Shown here in pieces: positions 10,131 through 19,343 of a stretch of DNA of 64,000 nucleotides; the stretch's first letter is position 1, and every line of letters starts with the position of its first letter. Made by a program: the position numbers and the translations under genes. The stretch is from NCBI GenBank assembly GCA_049644265.1, contig JBARRO010000048.1:2886-66885 (forward strand). The letters run 5' to 3'. The notes under the pieces were generated by a model, which was given only the letters and a program-made list of their open reading frames with translations, made no database searches and was not told the origin of the DNA. Source of the DNA: Bacteroidota bacterium (GTDB lineage: Bacteria; Bacteroidota; Ignavibacteria; UBA10030).

Positions 10131-11623
10131 TCATCCTCCTCAACCCTAAAAGCGCACGGCACAATCGCAGGATTCCGCTCTCCATCCTTACGGTTGGAGC
10201 AGGTCTTGAAGGGCAGCACAAGTACGAGATCGTTGACGAAAACTTTGAAGACCATGTCGAAGAACTGTTGGAACAGACGATTCGCGCAAAGGACGTCAAA
10301 TACCTTGGGCTGACTGTTATGCCGGGACCGCAGCTGTCGCGCGCGATCACGATTTCAAAACGTATGAAGCGCCAATTCCCCCACCTCTGCATCCTCTGGG
10401 GCGGCACATTCCCGAGCATCCATACCGACACGGTCCTTTCATCGGGCTATGTCGATGTCGTTGTCCTCGGTCAGGGCGAGGTCGTGTTGCCCAACTTCCT
10501 TCACACGGTTGAAAACGGAGGATCCCTGGATTCTGTCAAGGGTCTCGCCTATCGCCAGGATGGAACGACCCGATACACTCCTCGACAGGAATGGCAGCAT
10601 CCCGACCTTGAGCCTCCTCTTCCCTACCACAACATCGACGTCTTCCGTTACCTCCAGCGGACATATCTTGGGCGGCGGACCACAGCGTATCATTCAAGCC
10701 TTGGTTGTCCGTTTCAATGCGGATTCTGCAGCGTCGTTTCCATATTCGGCGGAAGATGGTTTGCCCAAAGCGCCGAACGAGTCGCCAGAGAGTTGGTCTC
10801 TCTGAAAAATCGTTTCGGCGTTGACTCGGTCGAATTTTTCGACGACAATTTTTTTACTTCGGAACGACGCGTGGAAGAATTTAGTGACCGGATGATGACT
10901 CACGGAATGAAATGGTGGGGAGAAGGGCGGAGCGATACCATTTTTCAGTACTCCGACACAACGTTGGGAAAAATGCGGGATGCGGGATGTAGGATGATTT
11001 TTACAGGCGCGGAAACGAGTTCATCGGACACCCTGCGCCTCATGAACAAGGGAGGGACGCAGGACGCCGGACTTCTGCTTGAATTTGCAGCACGGATTCG
11101 GGAGTTCAACATCATTCCGGAGTTCTCGTTTGTGTTCGGGAGTCCGTCGGAAGATGTCGACGGAGACATTGAGAGGGATATTCAGTTTATCAAGAAAATC
11201 AAGGACGTGAATCCCCGGAGTGAGATCATTTTCTATGTGTACGCCCCCGTCCTGCTCCCGGGCGCTGCGATCTTTGAGGAAGCGAAGAAATATGGATTTG
11301 ACTATCCAAAAACCCTTGACGAATGGCTCGAGCCAAAGTGGCAAAATCTTGACCTGCGAAAGAAGCCCATGACGCCATGGATCCGGCCCCGCCACGTCCG
11401 CCGCATCATGAATTTCGAGCGCGTCATCAGCGCCCAGTACCCGTCCATCTCCGATTTGCGGCTTACCGAACCGAGAAGACAATTTCTCAAAGCGTTAAGC
11501 TCCTGGCGTTATAATTACGACATCTACAATGCCCCGTATGAAATCCGTTTCTTTCTGAGCAAGGTTTTTAAGTATCGTCAACCGGAGCTCGAAGGGGCTG
11601 CACAGTATCCGACGAATGCCTGA
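9938..11623 (+). CDS. Cobalamin-binding-domain radical SAM protein (second copy, class B)
   Basis: Likely start at MIILLNP (ATG 10127, overlapping the upstream stop). N-terminal B12-binding-like region and a CPFQCGFC triad. Confidence 0.75.
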   Translation: MDPNRAGICCRLCTHRIHSVQPADQIRFPRAAFSVCVSAPPPDDRPICSCGERTERTNRGQRTMIILLNPKSARHNRRIPLSILTVGAGLEGQHKYEIVDENFEDHVEELLEQTIRAKDVKYLGLTVMPGPQLSRAITISKRMKRQFPHLCILWGGTFPSIHTDTVLSSGYVDVVVLGQGEVVLPNFLHTVENGGSLDSVKGLAYRQDGTTRYTPRQEWQHPDLEPPLPYHNIDVFRYLQRTYLGRRTTAYHSSLGCPFQCGFCSVVSIFGGRWFAQSAERVARELVSLKNRFGVDSVEFFDDNFFTSERRVEEFSDRMMTHGMKWWGEGRSDTIFQYSDTTLGKMRDAGCRMIFTGAETSSSDTLRLMNKGGTQDAGLLLEFAARIREFNIIPEFSFVFGSPSEDVDGDIERDIQFIKKIKDVNPRSEIIFYVYAPVLLPGAAIFEEAKKYGFDYPKTLDEWLEPKWQNLDLRKKPMTPWIRPRHVRRIMNFERVISAQYPSISDLRLTEPRRQFLKALSSWRYNYDIYNAPYEIRFFLSKVFKYRQPELEGAAQYPTNA

Positions 11624-11634
11624 GGTCGCAGCCC

Positions 11635-12657
11635 ATGAACGTGAACGCATTCCTCAATACTGTCACGAACGCTCATCGCACGCTGCCTCTCGTCATCCTG
11701 TATGTTACGGAAGGATGTAACATGCAGTGCACGATGTGCTCCTATCGGGATCCCCTGCCAAATGAACTTGCTCTGGCCGAAATTGAAACACTCGCAACGG
11801 ATCTGGTCTCTCACGGGCTGAGGCATATCGTCTACTCCGGCGGTGAACCACTTCTGCGAAGGGATTTTGACCGAATCTGCGCTGCGTTCCACGCACTTGG
11901 CGTTCGGCAGTCGTTGTTGACCAATGGTCTGCTGCTTGAAAAGCGTGCAGACCTTGCAGGATGTTTTGAGGAAATCATTGTTTCTCTCGACGGCCCTACC
12001 GCCAAGGTTCACGATACAATCCGAAGGACAAACGCCTTTGGACAAATACTCCGGGGAATCTCCAGGGTTCGACAAACTGCACATCCGCCAACGATGTCGA
12101 TCCGAACAGTGGTCCAAAAGGCCAACTACCGGCACCTCCCGGAGATGGTGCACTTTGCCCGGAGTCTCGGCGTCGGGAGAATTTCCTTCCTCGCAGCCGA
12201 CGTTCTTTCGTCGGCGTTCGGACGCGGAACGGTCAGCTCACCAGATCCTGCACTCATGCTCAGCGAAGAGGAGGCCACGGATTTCAGAGCTATCGTTGAG
12301 CGCATGACAAACATGTTCAGGGAGGATTTTGACAGCCATTTTATCGCTGAATCACCATCAAAAATGTTCCATTTGGTCCAATATTTTGAGGCATTGCTTG
12401 GGAAATCCTCATTCCCGCTGAATCGCTGCAATGCTCCGATGGTATCGGCTGTAATCACTTCGACCGGCGACGTGCACCCGTGCTTCTTCCTGCCTTCCCT
12501 TGGAAATCTGCGTCATGAAAATGCGTCCGGGATCCTCGAATCTCCCCAAGCCGGCATGGTTCGGAAGGATGTTCGTCAGTATCGCCTCGACCGCTGCAAG
12601 ACCTGCGTGTGCACACTGCATGTCAGCCCTGGTCGTGCATTGTTTGATAGATTCTGA
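11635..12657 (+). CDS. Radical SAM protein with C-terminal SPASM/twitch-like Cys-rich domain
   Basis: CNMQCTMC (CxxxCxxC) near the N-terminus. C-terminal cysteines CNAPMV...CFFLPS...RCKTCVC. Confidence 0.7.
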   Translation: MNVNAFLNTVTNAHRTLPLVILYVTEGCNMQCTMCSYRDPLPNELALAEIETLATDLVSHGLRHIVYSGGEPLLRRDFDRICAAFHALGVRQSLLTNGLLLEKRADLAGCFEEIIVSLDGPTAKVHDTIRRTNAFGQILRGISRVRQTAHPPTMSIRTVVQKANYRHLPEMVHFARSLGVGRISFLAADVLSSAFGRGTVSSPDPALMLSEEEATDFRAIVERMTNMFREDFDSHFIAESPSKMFHLVQYFEALLGKSSFPLNRCNAPMVSAVITSTGDVHPCFFLPSLGNLRHENASGILESPQAGMVRKDVRQYRLDRCKTCVCTLHVSPGRALFDRF

Positions 12658-12848
12658 CCATTTGATAAGATGACACCGAGGTCACAGAGGAAGAGGAGAA
12701 CACAGAGGTTTATGACTTTGAAATTGGAGGGATAATCTTAAATCCCGTTTCTTTTTTCCGAAGACTTCTGAATCCATTACACACCCTTCCTCCTCGGGAG
12801 GCGTACGATCGTTGGGCTGCGACCTATGATGACCATGCCGGCAATGCC

Positions 12849-13472
12849 GTGCTCTTTGCTGAAGAAAACGCACTCCTCCCGCTTCTTGATGCTCTTCCAC
12901 TGAATTCCTCCACCGTTGCAGATTTTGGATGCGGCACCGGTCGTCATTTCCGTGATCTTCTTGATAGGGGAGCCCGCAACGTCGTCGGCGTCGACTATTC
13001 CCTCCCCATGCTTCTGCATGCGCGGGATAAGTCTCTGAACACCAACGTCACTCTTTTCCAATCCGGCCTCGAGCACCTCCCCTTCTGCAATGAATCCTTT
13101 CACTTTGGACTTTCCGCTCTCGTGCTTGGCCACCTGGGCGATATCGACGCCTCCATCAAAGAATTTCACCGGGTCCTGAAGCCCGGTGGGAGGTTGATTC
13201 TAACGGACCTTCATGAGAGTTTTGAAGAACGGGGATGGAAGCGAACATTCACTGAAGGCGGAAAGAAATTTGCTGTCCGAAATTATCCTCATTCGATGGG
13301 TGAGTATCAGAATGCTTTTCGTTCCCACAATTTTGTGGTGGAGAAAGCATCCCAGCCAACCATTGACGACACGCTCCGTCCGTTGTTTGAAAGGACCGGG
13401 CACATCGAAACGTTCGAACGGTTCCGGGATCGACCTCTCCTCATTGTCTTCCAGGTGAGAAAGAAAGGATGA
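12849..13472 (+). CDS. Class I SAM-dependent methyltransferase (N-terminus probably extends upstream of the listed start)
   Basis: Motif I VADFGCGTGRHF. The in-frame upstream sequence encodes a conserved-looking MTase N-terminus (...REAYDRWAATYDDHAGNAVLF...) with no canonical start codon back to the stop at 12666. A GGAGGG Shine-Dalgarno sits at 12726-12731. Confidence 0.65.
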   Translation: MLFAEENALLPLLDALPLNSSTVADFGCGTGRHFRDLLDRGARNVVGVDYSLPMLLHARDKSLNTNVTLFQSGLEHLPFCNESFHFGLSALVLGHLGDIDASIKEFHRVLKPGGRLILTDLHESFEERGWKRTFTEGGKKFAVRNYPHSMGEYQNAFRSHNFVVEKASQPTIDDTLRPLFERTGHIETFERFRDRPLLIVFQVRKKG

Positions 13473-14659
13473 AACGAGGGACGGTACTCCTCGATGGGAA
13501 TGTCTTCACCGGGGAACGGTTTGAGCTCTTATCGCTAAGGGTCGTTCAAGGCGTCGTTTCGGACATCGAAGCGCGACTGGAGCCGGACACTGCAGACATC
13601 GTGGTGCCGCTTAACGGCCTAGCCGTTGTCCCCGGGCTTATCAACAGTCATGACCACCTTGAGTTCAACCTTTTTTCGCATCTGGGACATCCGCCGTACC
13701 AAAACTATGTGCAATGGGCCGATGATATCCAGAACTCATTTCGCACCCCGATAAATCAGGTCTTGGCCGTCCCCCTTCGTGACCGATTCTTATGGGGTGC
13801 GTATAAGAACATTTTCAGCGGGGTTACGACCGTCATTCATCACAACGATTTCAACTGGAGGTTTCGATTCGGGTTCCCCCTTGAAGTGCATAAGAACTAC
13901 CGCTGGATTCATTCTCTTCGGCTTGAAAAACGGCCACTTCATGAACTTGTTCGGCAAAGTGGTCGTCCGGTCTTTATCCATCTTGCGGAAGGAATTGACG
14001 AAATGGCCCGATCCGAGATCAGGGAATTGGACGGCTTGGGAGGACTCAATAAGGAAACAATCATTGTCCACGGCGTCGGCATAGGCGACGCAGATATTCC
14101 GCTGATGGATAAATCCTGTGGACTTGTCTGGTGTCCGGGATCGAACAGGTATCTGTTTGGAGCGACGGCGCCCGTCGAACAACTGGTTGGAAGAATTCCT
14201 GTCGCTCTGGGAACGGACTCGACACTGACCGGACCGAATGGCCTGTTCGAAGAAATCCGTATTGCCCTGCAGATGAAGAATCTCTCTCCCGACATTCTCT
14301 TTCACATGGTTACATCGATGCCCGCCCGCATGATCGGCTCAGACAAGGGGTCAATTGCACGGGGATCGCCCGCCGACCTTCTGATTTTCGATGCCCGGGG
14401 CAAGGATCCCATGGATGCATTCGTGCATCTCAACCCGACGGACGTGAAATTCCTGCTCAAGAACGGTTCGCCGATATTCGGCGATAGAGAGTTCCTTCCA
14501 CAGTCCGGGAAGAGATGGAAAAAGCGCTCTTTGGTGAGAGTCTGCGGTAAACCCAAATTCGTTCTCGGCGATTTCAATAGCTTGCTTGCGAGGACGAAAA
14601 AGCAACTCCCAGCATCTGTTTTGCCGGAATATGTGACGGCGATTGAGGCGGATGGATGA
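13469..14659 (+). CDS. Amidohydrolase-family (metal-dependent hydrolase) protein
   Basis: 396 aa. INSHDHLEF metal-binding motif plus downstream HG/D residues typical of the amidohydrolase superfamily. ATGA overlap with the upstream MTase. Confidence 0.65.
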   Translation: MKRGTVLLDGNVFTGERFELLSLRVVQGVVSDIEARLEPDTADIVVPLNGLAVVPGLINSHDHLEFNLFSHLGHPPYQNYVQWADDIQNSFRTPINQVLAVPLRDRFLWGAYKNIFSGVTTVIHHNDFNWRFRFGFPLEVHKNYRWIHSLRLEKRPLHELVRQSGRPVFIHLAEGIDEMARSEIRELDGLGGLNKETIIVHGVGIGDADIPLMDKSCGLVWCPGSNRYLFGATAPVEQLVGRIPVALGTDSTLTGPNGLFEEIRIALQMKNLSPDILFHMVTSMPARMIGSDKGSIARGSPADLLIFDARGKDPMDAFVHLNPTDVKFLLKNGSPIFGDREFLPQSGKRWKKRSLVRVCGKPKFVLGDFNSLLARTKKQLPASVLPEYVTAIEADG

Positions 14660-15168
14660 CGAAACATTGCATCTCTCTGCAATGTTCTCTATCTTTTTCG
14701 CGTGAAATCAAACCCCGACTCCTGCCACTACAGCGTGAAGCCCTGATGTCAACCCTCTACAGAGAGCTCGCGACAATTGCTCAAAGAGCAAAAGTCCGCG
14801 CCCATGCTCCCTATTCCAAGTTTCGGGTGGGAGCAGCAATCCTCACGAAGAACGGTGAAGTCTTCACCGGCTGCAACATTGAAAACAGTTCCTACAGCCT
14901 GACCATCTGCGCAGAACGGACTGCAATCTTCAAAGCGATCTCCGAGGGTAAAGGCAAAGAAGGATTCAAAGCCATCGCCATCGCTTCTGACGATCCGGGA
15001 CACACTCCTCCCTGCGGCGCCTGTCGCCAGGTGCTCATAGACCTCGCTGGAAACATCGATGTCATCCTTGTAAACCCCAAGATGAAACTTAAGACAATGA
15101 AGCTTAAGTTCCTTGTCCCAATGGCATTTACAGACAAGAATCTCAAGCGCACACGAAGGAAAAAATAA
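14656..15168 (+). CDS. cdd: Cytidine deaminase
   Basis: CAERTAI ... PCGACRQ zinc-binding motifs. Likely true start at MSTLYRE (~14746). Confidence 0.8.
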   Translation: MTKHCISLQCSLSFSREIKPRLLPLQREALMSTLYRELATIAQRAKVRAHAPYSKFRVGAAILTKNGEVFTGCNIENSSYSLTICAERTAIFKAISEGKGKEGFKAIAIASDDPGHTPPCGACRQVLIDLAGNIDVILVNPKMKLKTMKLKFLVPMAFTDKNLKRTRRKK

Positions 15169-15171
15169 TAC

Positions 15172-15747
15172 ATGGATACTTCTGAGTTGCACAACATACC
15201 AAGAAATACCGGTTGGATCGAAGTCGTTTGCGGATGCATGTTCAGCGGAAAGACCGAGGAGCTCATTCGAAGATTGCGAAGAGCACAGATCGCCAGGCAG
15301 AAGGTGGCAGTCTTCAAACCTCGAATCGACAAACGTTACAGTGCGGAGCACATTGTTTCCCATAGCGAACAATCGCTCGTCTCAACGGTCGTAGATGACG
15401 CCTCGGATATTCTTAAGCAGGCGGGAGATGCCCAGGTTATTGGGGTTGACGAGGGTCAGTTCTTTAAGGCTAATCTTGTCGAAGTGTGTGAAGCGTTAGC
15501 CAACAACGGAAAACGGGTTATTGTGGCCGGTCTGGATCAGGATTATCGTGGAAAACCATTTGAACCGATGCCCCAACTCCTTTCAATAGCGGAGTATATC
15601 ACCAAAACCCTCGCGATCTGTGTCGTCTGCGGAAATCCCGCAGACCGCACCCAAAGGACCTCGGCATCGAGTGAGAGAGTTGTGGTTGGGGCCAAAGAGA
15701 TGTACGAGGCTCGATGCAGGCGGTGTCACCAACCTCCAAAGGAATAG
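15172..15747 (+). CDS. tdk: Thymidine kinase
   Basis: P-loop [11 protein letters not shown] and C-terminal zinc ribbon CxxC...CRRC, typical of type II TK. Confidence 0.9.
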   Translation: MDTSELHNIPRNTGWIEVVCGCMFSGKTEELIRRLRRAQIARQKVAVFKPRIDKRYSAEHIVSHSEQSLVSTVVDDASDILKQAGDAQVIGVDEGQFFKANLVEVCEALANNGKRVIVAGLDQDYRGKPFEPMPQLLSIAEYITKTLAICVVCGNPADRTQRTSASSERVVVGAKEMYEARCRRCHQPPKE

Positions 15748-16039
15748 TAGAACTTTATTAGTGCATTACCTTGAAATATAAAGAGTTATCAATTGTTAAG
15801 AAACCAACAGTTGAATATAAAATCAACTTTTGGGCACTTGCGTGGAACTGAGTTTGGGATTCAATCATTTTCGGTTTTCCTACTTCCAAGGGTTCGCCAA
15901 GTGACTCTACCGCAAACAGCTGCAACCCAGAGAACATCCAGAGATATCGTTGATTGTCCACGCGTGCTCCCGTTATTGAGCCCTTTTCAAAAAAATAGCA
16001 TTTCGATTTTGTTCCAAGGTCATCTCCGATTGAACTTCC

Positions 16040-16930
16040 TTGCAACCAGCATGGTTCTGGCTTGTGGAGTCGAATTTGCCATCTAAGCAGCTCACAGAGC
16101 TTGAAAAGACGCATCTTGATGAGGCATTTCGGTTCGTGAGGTCCAAAACAAGACTCCGCCCCAAGATTGCGCTGATTCTTGGCTCTGGACTGGGAAATTT
16201 TGCGAAAGTCCTAAAAGTCGAGTCTTCCCTTTCATCCGGCCAAATTCCCTACTACCCTCAATCCTCCGTCCAAGGTCACGCGGGAAAGCTCATTTTTGGG
16301 TTTGTTAAAGCAGGGAACGAGTCCTCTCCCCCGGTTCTCGTGCTCAAAGGCAGAGTTCACTTCTACGAATCCGGATCTCTTGACCGCGTCGTTTTCCCCA
16401 TTCTCCTCTTGCATCGGCTGGGAATTAACTCTCTCATTGTCACAAATGCTGCGGGGGGAGCCAACAGACAGTTCAGTCCCGGAGATCTGATGTTGATTAA
16501 GGACTTCATCCAGATTTCCATGCCCCCTGCTTCAATTCCCGGGAGGAAATCCCCCGGTCGCTTTCTTCGTGCAGAACGCCGTCCGTCGTTTGACGATGGA
16601 CTGCAGGAAATCATCAGAGGAGCAGCTGCAGAGTGTGAGATTCCCCTTCAAGAAGGCACGTACTGCTGGTTCAAGGGCCCGTCCTACGAGACCCGTTCAG
16701 AGGTGCAAATGGCAAAGAGGCTGGGGGCGGATGCGGTGGGAATGTCGACAGTTCCGGAAGTCGTAGCTGCCTGTCAGCTCGGTATGCGCGTCGCGGGGAT
16801 TTCGTTGATTTCAAACCTTGCTACCGGCATCTCCCTGGAGAAGCTTTCTCATCAGGAGGTTACGGACACAGCCAATCGTGTGCAGGCGCGGTTCACAAAC
16901 CTCCTGCGTACCACACTTCTTAACCTGTAA
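16040..16930 (+). CDS. punA: Purine nucleoside phosphorylase (PNP-I/PunA family)
   Basis: IALILGSGLG...GHAGKLIFG...MSTVPEV motifs. The true start is probably an internal alternative start. Confidence 0.8.
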   Translation: MQPAWFWLVESNLPSKQLTELEKTHLDEAFRFVRSKTRLRPKIALILGSGLGNFAKVLKVESSLSSGQIPYYPQSSVQGHAGKLIFGFVKAGNESSPPVLVLKGRVHFYESGSLDRVVFPILLLHRLGINSLIVTNAAGGANRQFSPGDLMLIKDFIQISMPPASIPGRKSPGRFLRAERRPSFDDGLQEIIRGAAAECEIPLQEGTYCWFKGPSYETRSEVQMAKRLGADAVGMSTVPEVVAACQLGMRVAGISLISNLATGISLEKLSHQEVTDTANRVQARFTNLLRTTLLNL

Positions 16931-16938
16931 TCCTTCCC

Positions 16939-17370
16939 TTACGGTCTGAATACCTGATAGAGCATCAGGTAAATAACCACGCCTGTCACAGAAACGTAAA
17001 GCCACACGGGATACGTCCACCGGGCGATCGTCCGATGGCGCGCATCCTGCCGTTTCAATCCCCTCCACAACGTCACCAGGGCCATCGGCACAATCGCGGC
17101 CGCGAGGATCGTATGGGAAATCAGGATCGTGAAATAGACAGGCCGGCTCCATCCTTCTCCGTGAAACAGTTGTGACCCATGGAAAGCGTGGTAAACAAGA
17201 TAGGAACACAGGAAGAGCGACGAGGTAACAAACACACCAATCATTGTTGACCGATGGGCCCTGATGTTTCCTTGCTTCATGAAACGATGGCCCATCAACA
17301 GAAGAATGGCGCTCGTTGAATTCAGGATGGCGTTGAGGGCCGGAAGATCTGAAATTGAGAGAATTGACAC
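16939..17370 (-). CDS. DUF420-family membrane protein (cytochrome-oxidase-associated)
   Basis: 143 aa, four TM helices. N-terminus LPALNAILNSTSAILLLMG is typical of DUF420. Confidence 0.65.
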   Translation of the reverse strand: MSILSISDLPALNAILNSTSAILLLMGHRFMKQGNIRAHRSTMIGVFVTSSLFLCSYLVYHAFHGSQLFHGEGWSRPVYFTILISHTILAAAIVPMALVTLWRGLKRQDARHRTIARWTYPVWLYVSVTGVVIYLMLYQVFRP

Positions 17371-17393
17371 GAGGATTGATTCAGGGGCGGGGA

Positions 17394-18317
17394 CTAGATC
17401 CGATCCGCCAGCATCAGGATCATCAGTGCCGGAAGATAAGCTAGTGACGCGAAAAACACCAGACGGGAAGTGGCATTCACGACGACAGGGTTGTCCTGCC
17501 TTGACGCTCTTGAAAGCAAAAAGGAGTACCAGGCAAAGCCGCCACTCACCAGGATCGCCCCGACGAAGTAGGTCATACCAGTGAGACCGGCCACTGTAAA
17601 GCCAACACTCAGTGGAATCAGAATTGCGCAGGAAACCAAAATGTGAAGACTCGTTCTTGAGGCCCGATCGGTATCAATCACCGTGAGCATTTTGTATCCT
17701 GCACGAGCGTAATCCTTCCGATACATCCATGCAAGCGATAAGAAATGCGGAATCTGCCAGGCGAACAGAAGTCCGAAGAAAATCCAACCTCCCAAGGTGA
17801 TCCTGTTGCTCGCTGCGGCGCACCCGATCAGCGTTGGCAACGCACCGGGGACAGCTCCCACGATTGTATTGAGCCAGGTGAGTCGCTTGAGCGGTGTGTA
17901 CACAAACAAGTAGAGGAGCAGGGTTGATTCTGCGATAATTGCCGCGAGCGGATTTGCAAACACCCAAAGTATTACAAACCCCGCTGTTGAAACAAGCCAG
18001 CCAAACACGAACACCTCCGGGGCACGAAGTCGCCCTGCAGGAAGCGGTCTTCGCTCTGTCCGTTTCATTTTCGCATCGTGGAAACGCTCGATATGCTGGT
18101 TCAGCGCTCCAGCCCCTCCCCCGACGAAGAGGGTTCCCAGAGCAGTCCAAAGCATGACAATTCCATCAACCGTCGGCCCGGAAGCCAGATAGAACGAGAA
18201 CACCGTGGTGAGAACCGAAAGTCCCGTAAGCTCCGGTTTCATCAGTTCTATGTAGTCCATGAGCCGTACGCCTTGCCGACGGACCGACATTTCGACCATC
18301 TCGAACTGAGGGATCAA
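17394..18317 (-). CDS. ctaB: Protohaem IX farnesyltransferase (haem O synthase)
   Basis: UbiA-superfamily polytopic protein with KRTERRPLPAGR and NxxxDxxxD-like motifs. Confidence 0.85.
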   Translation of the reverse strand: MIPQFEMVEMSVRRQGVRLMDYIELMKPELTGLSVLTTVFSFYLASGPTVDGIVMLWTALGTLFVGGGAGALNQHIERFHDAKMKRTERRPLPAGRLRAPEVFVFGWLVSTAGFVILWVFANPLAAIIAESTLLLYLFVYTPLKRLTWLNTIVGAVPGALPTLIGCAAASNRITLGGWIFFGLLFAWQIPHFLSLAWMYRKDYARAGYKMLTVIDTDRASRTSLHILVSCAILIPLSVGFTVAGLTGMTYFVGAILVSGGFAWYSFLLSRASRQDNPVVVNATSRLVFFASLAYLPALMILMLADRI

Positions 18318-19339
18318 GCAACGGCCTCCTTTCCATTCACCACAAGCTTCTCCGAAATCAATCGAACGGGCGCAATGCGATACAGATGCAGAGCAGACAG
18401 CACAACGGTAACCAGGAGTAACGCTCCCACGGTCTGGTGCGCCGTTGCAATTTCAACGGATGTATGAGTCAGTACCGTCAAAGCCCCGAGAGAGAACTGA
18501 AGAACAACCACCCCGATGAGCGCAAGACTGAGCGACCCGAACCTCCGTGAAATCCCCGATAATTTCCGAAGCTTGAAGGCACTGGCGATAACAAAGATCG
18601 ACGTCACAACTGCCCAGAAACGATGGAGCATATGAATGACGATTTGGCCCCTTTCAATTGCGCCATCCGCGGCGAGACGAAGATCTGAACGGATGAGCTG
18701 TTCGTTGTACTTCGCAAGAGACTCGGAGGATAAGGATGGAACCAGCTGTCCGTACGCGAGTGGAAAGTCCGGAACGGCAAGGCCGGAATCCGTGTGCCGC
18801 ATGACTGAACCGAGAATCAACTGGATATAGACAGCAACAACAGACATCGCCACAATCACCATCGTATTCCGGGGAATGGAGATCGATGCCGGAGAACGAG
18901 TTAGCCACCAACGGGAAGAGAACAGTGCAAGCGAAGCAACGAGGCAGAAGAAGGTTTGGGCAAGCGTTGCGTGACTTGCGGAGACTGCGGGTGGAAGAAG
19001 GAGGTAGACTGTTAATCCGCCCAGGAGGCCCTGCAGGATCACCGCGGCAAGCGATGCCACGGAAATCCATCGAACCCAGCGTCGCTTCTCAACCTTCATG
19101 ATCCAGAATGTCAGGATGACCGTAAGAAATCCAACAAACGATGCGATCATGCGGTGTCCGTGTTCGAAGAAGATACCTCCGACCATCGGGGGCATCACTT
19201 GTCCATACGACAACGGCCAATCCGGCACAGCGAGCCCGGATCCCGTGCTTGTGACCAATCCTCCGGCAACAAGCAAAAGGACGGTACAGAACGAGACAAA
19301 AACTGTATACCAGTGGAGCGCGCGCTTATATTCGTTCAT
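18314..19339 (-). CDS. ctaA: Haem A synthase (CtaA/COX15 family)
   Basis: Eight TM helices with paired His-containing motifs (FFEHGHRMIA ... HTDSGLAVPDFPL). Four-base overlap with ctaB. Confidence 0.7.
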   Translation of the reverse strand: MNEYKRALHWYTVFVSFCTVLLLVAGGLVTSTGSGLAVPDWPLSYGQVMPPMVGGIFFEHGHRMIASFVGFLTVILTFWIMKVEKRRWVRWISVASLAAVILQGLLGGLTVYLLLPPAVSASHATLAQTFFCLVASLALFSSRWWLTRSPASISIPRNTMVIVAMSVVAVYIQLILGSVMRHTDSGLAVPDFPLAYGQLVPSLSSESLAKYNEQLIRSDLRLAADGAIERGQIVIHMLHRFWAVVTSIFVIASAFKLRKLSGISRRFGSLSLALIGVVVLQFSLGALTVLTHTSVEIATAHQTVGALLLVTVVLSALHLYRIAPVRLISEKLVVNGKEAVA

Positions 19340-19343
19340 GAAG

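Noticed and set aside
4394-14659. Possibility that the radical-SAM operon is a RiPP cluster
   Set aside because: No small ORF with a leader and core organisation or Cys/Ser/Thr-rich core was found in any frame within or flanking the operon. The only mini-ORF (12670-12735) is a basic 21-mer overlapping a gene start. The presence of two glycosyltransferases favours a non-peptide substrate.
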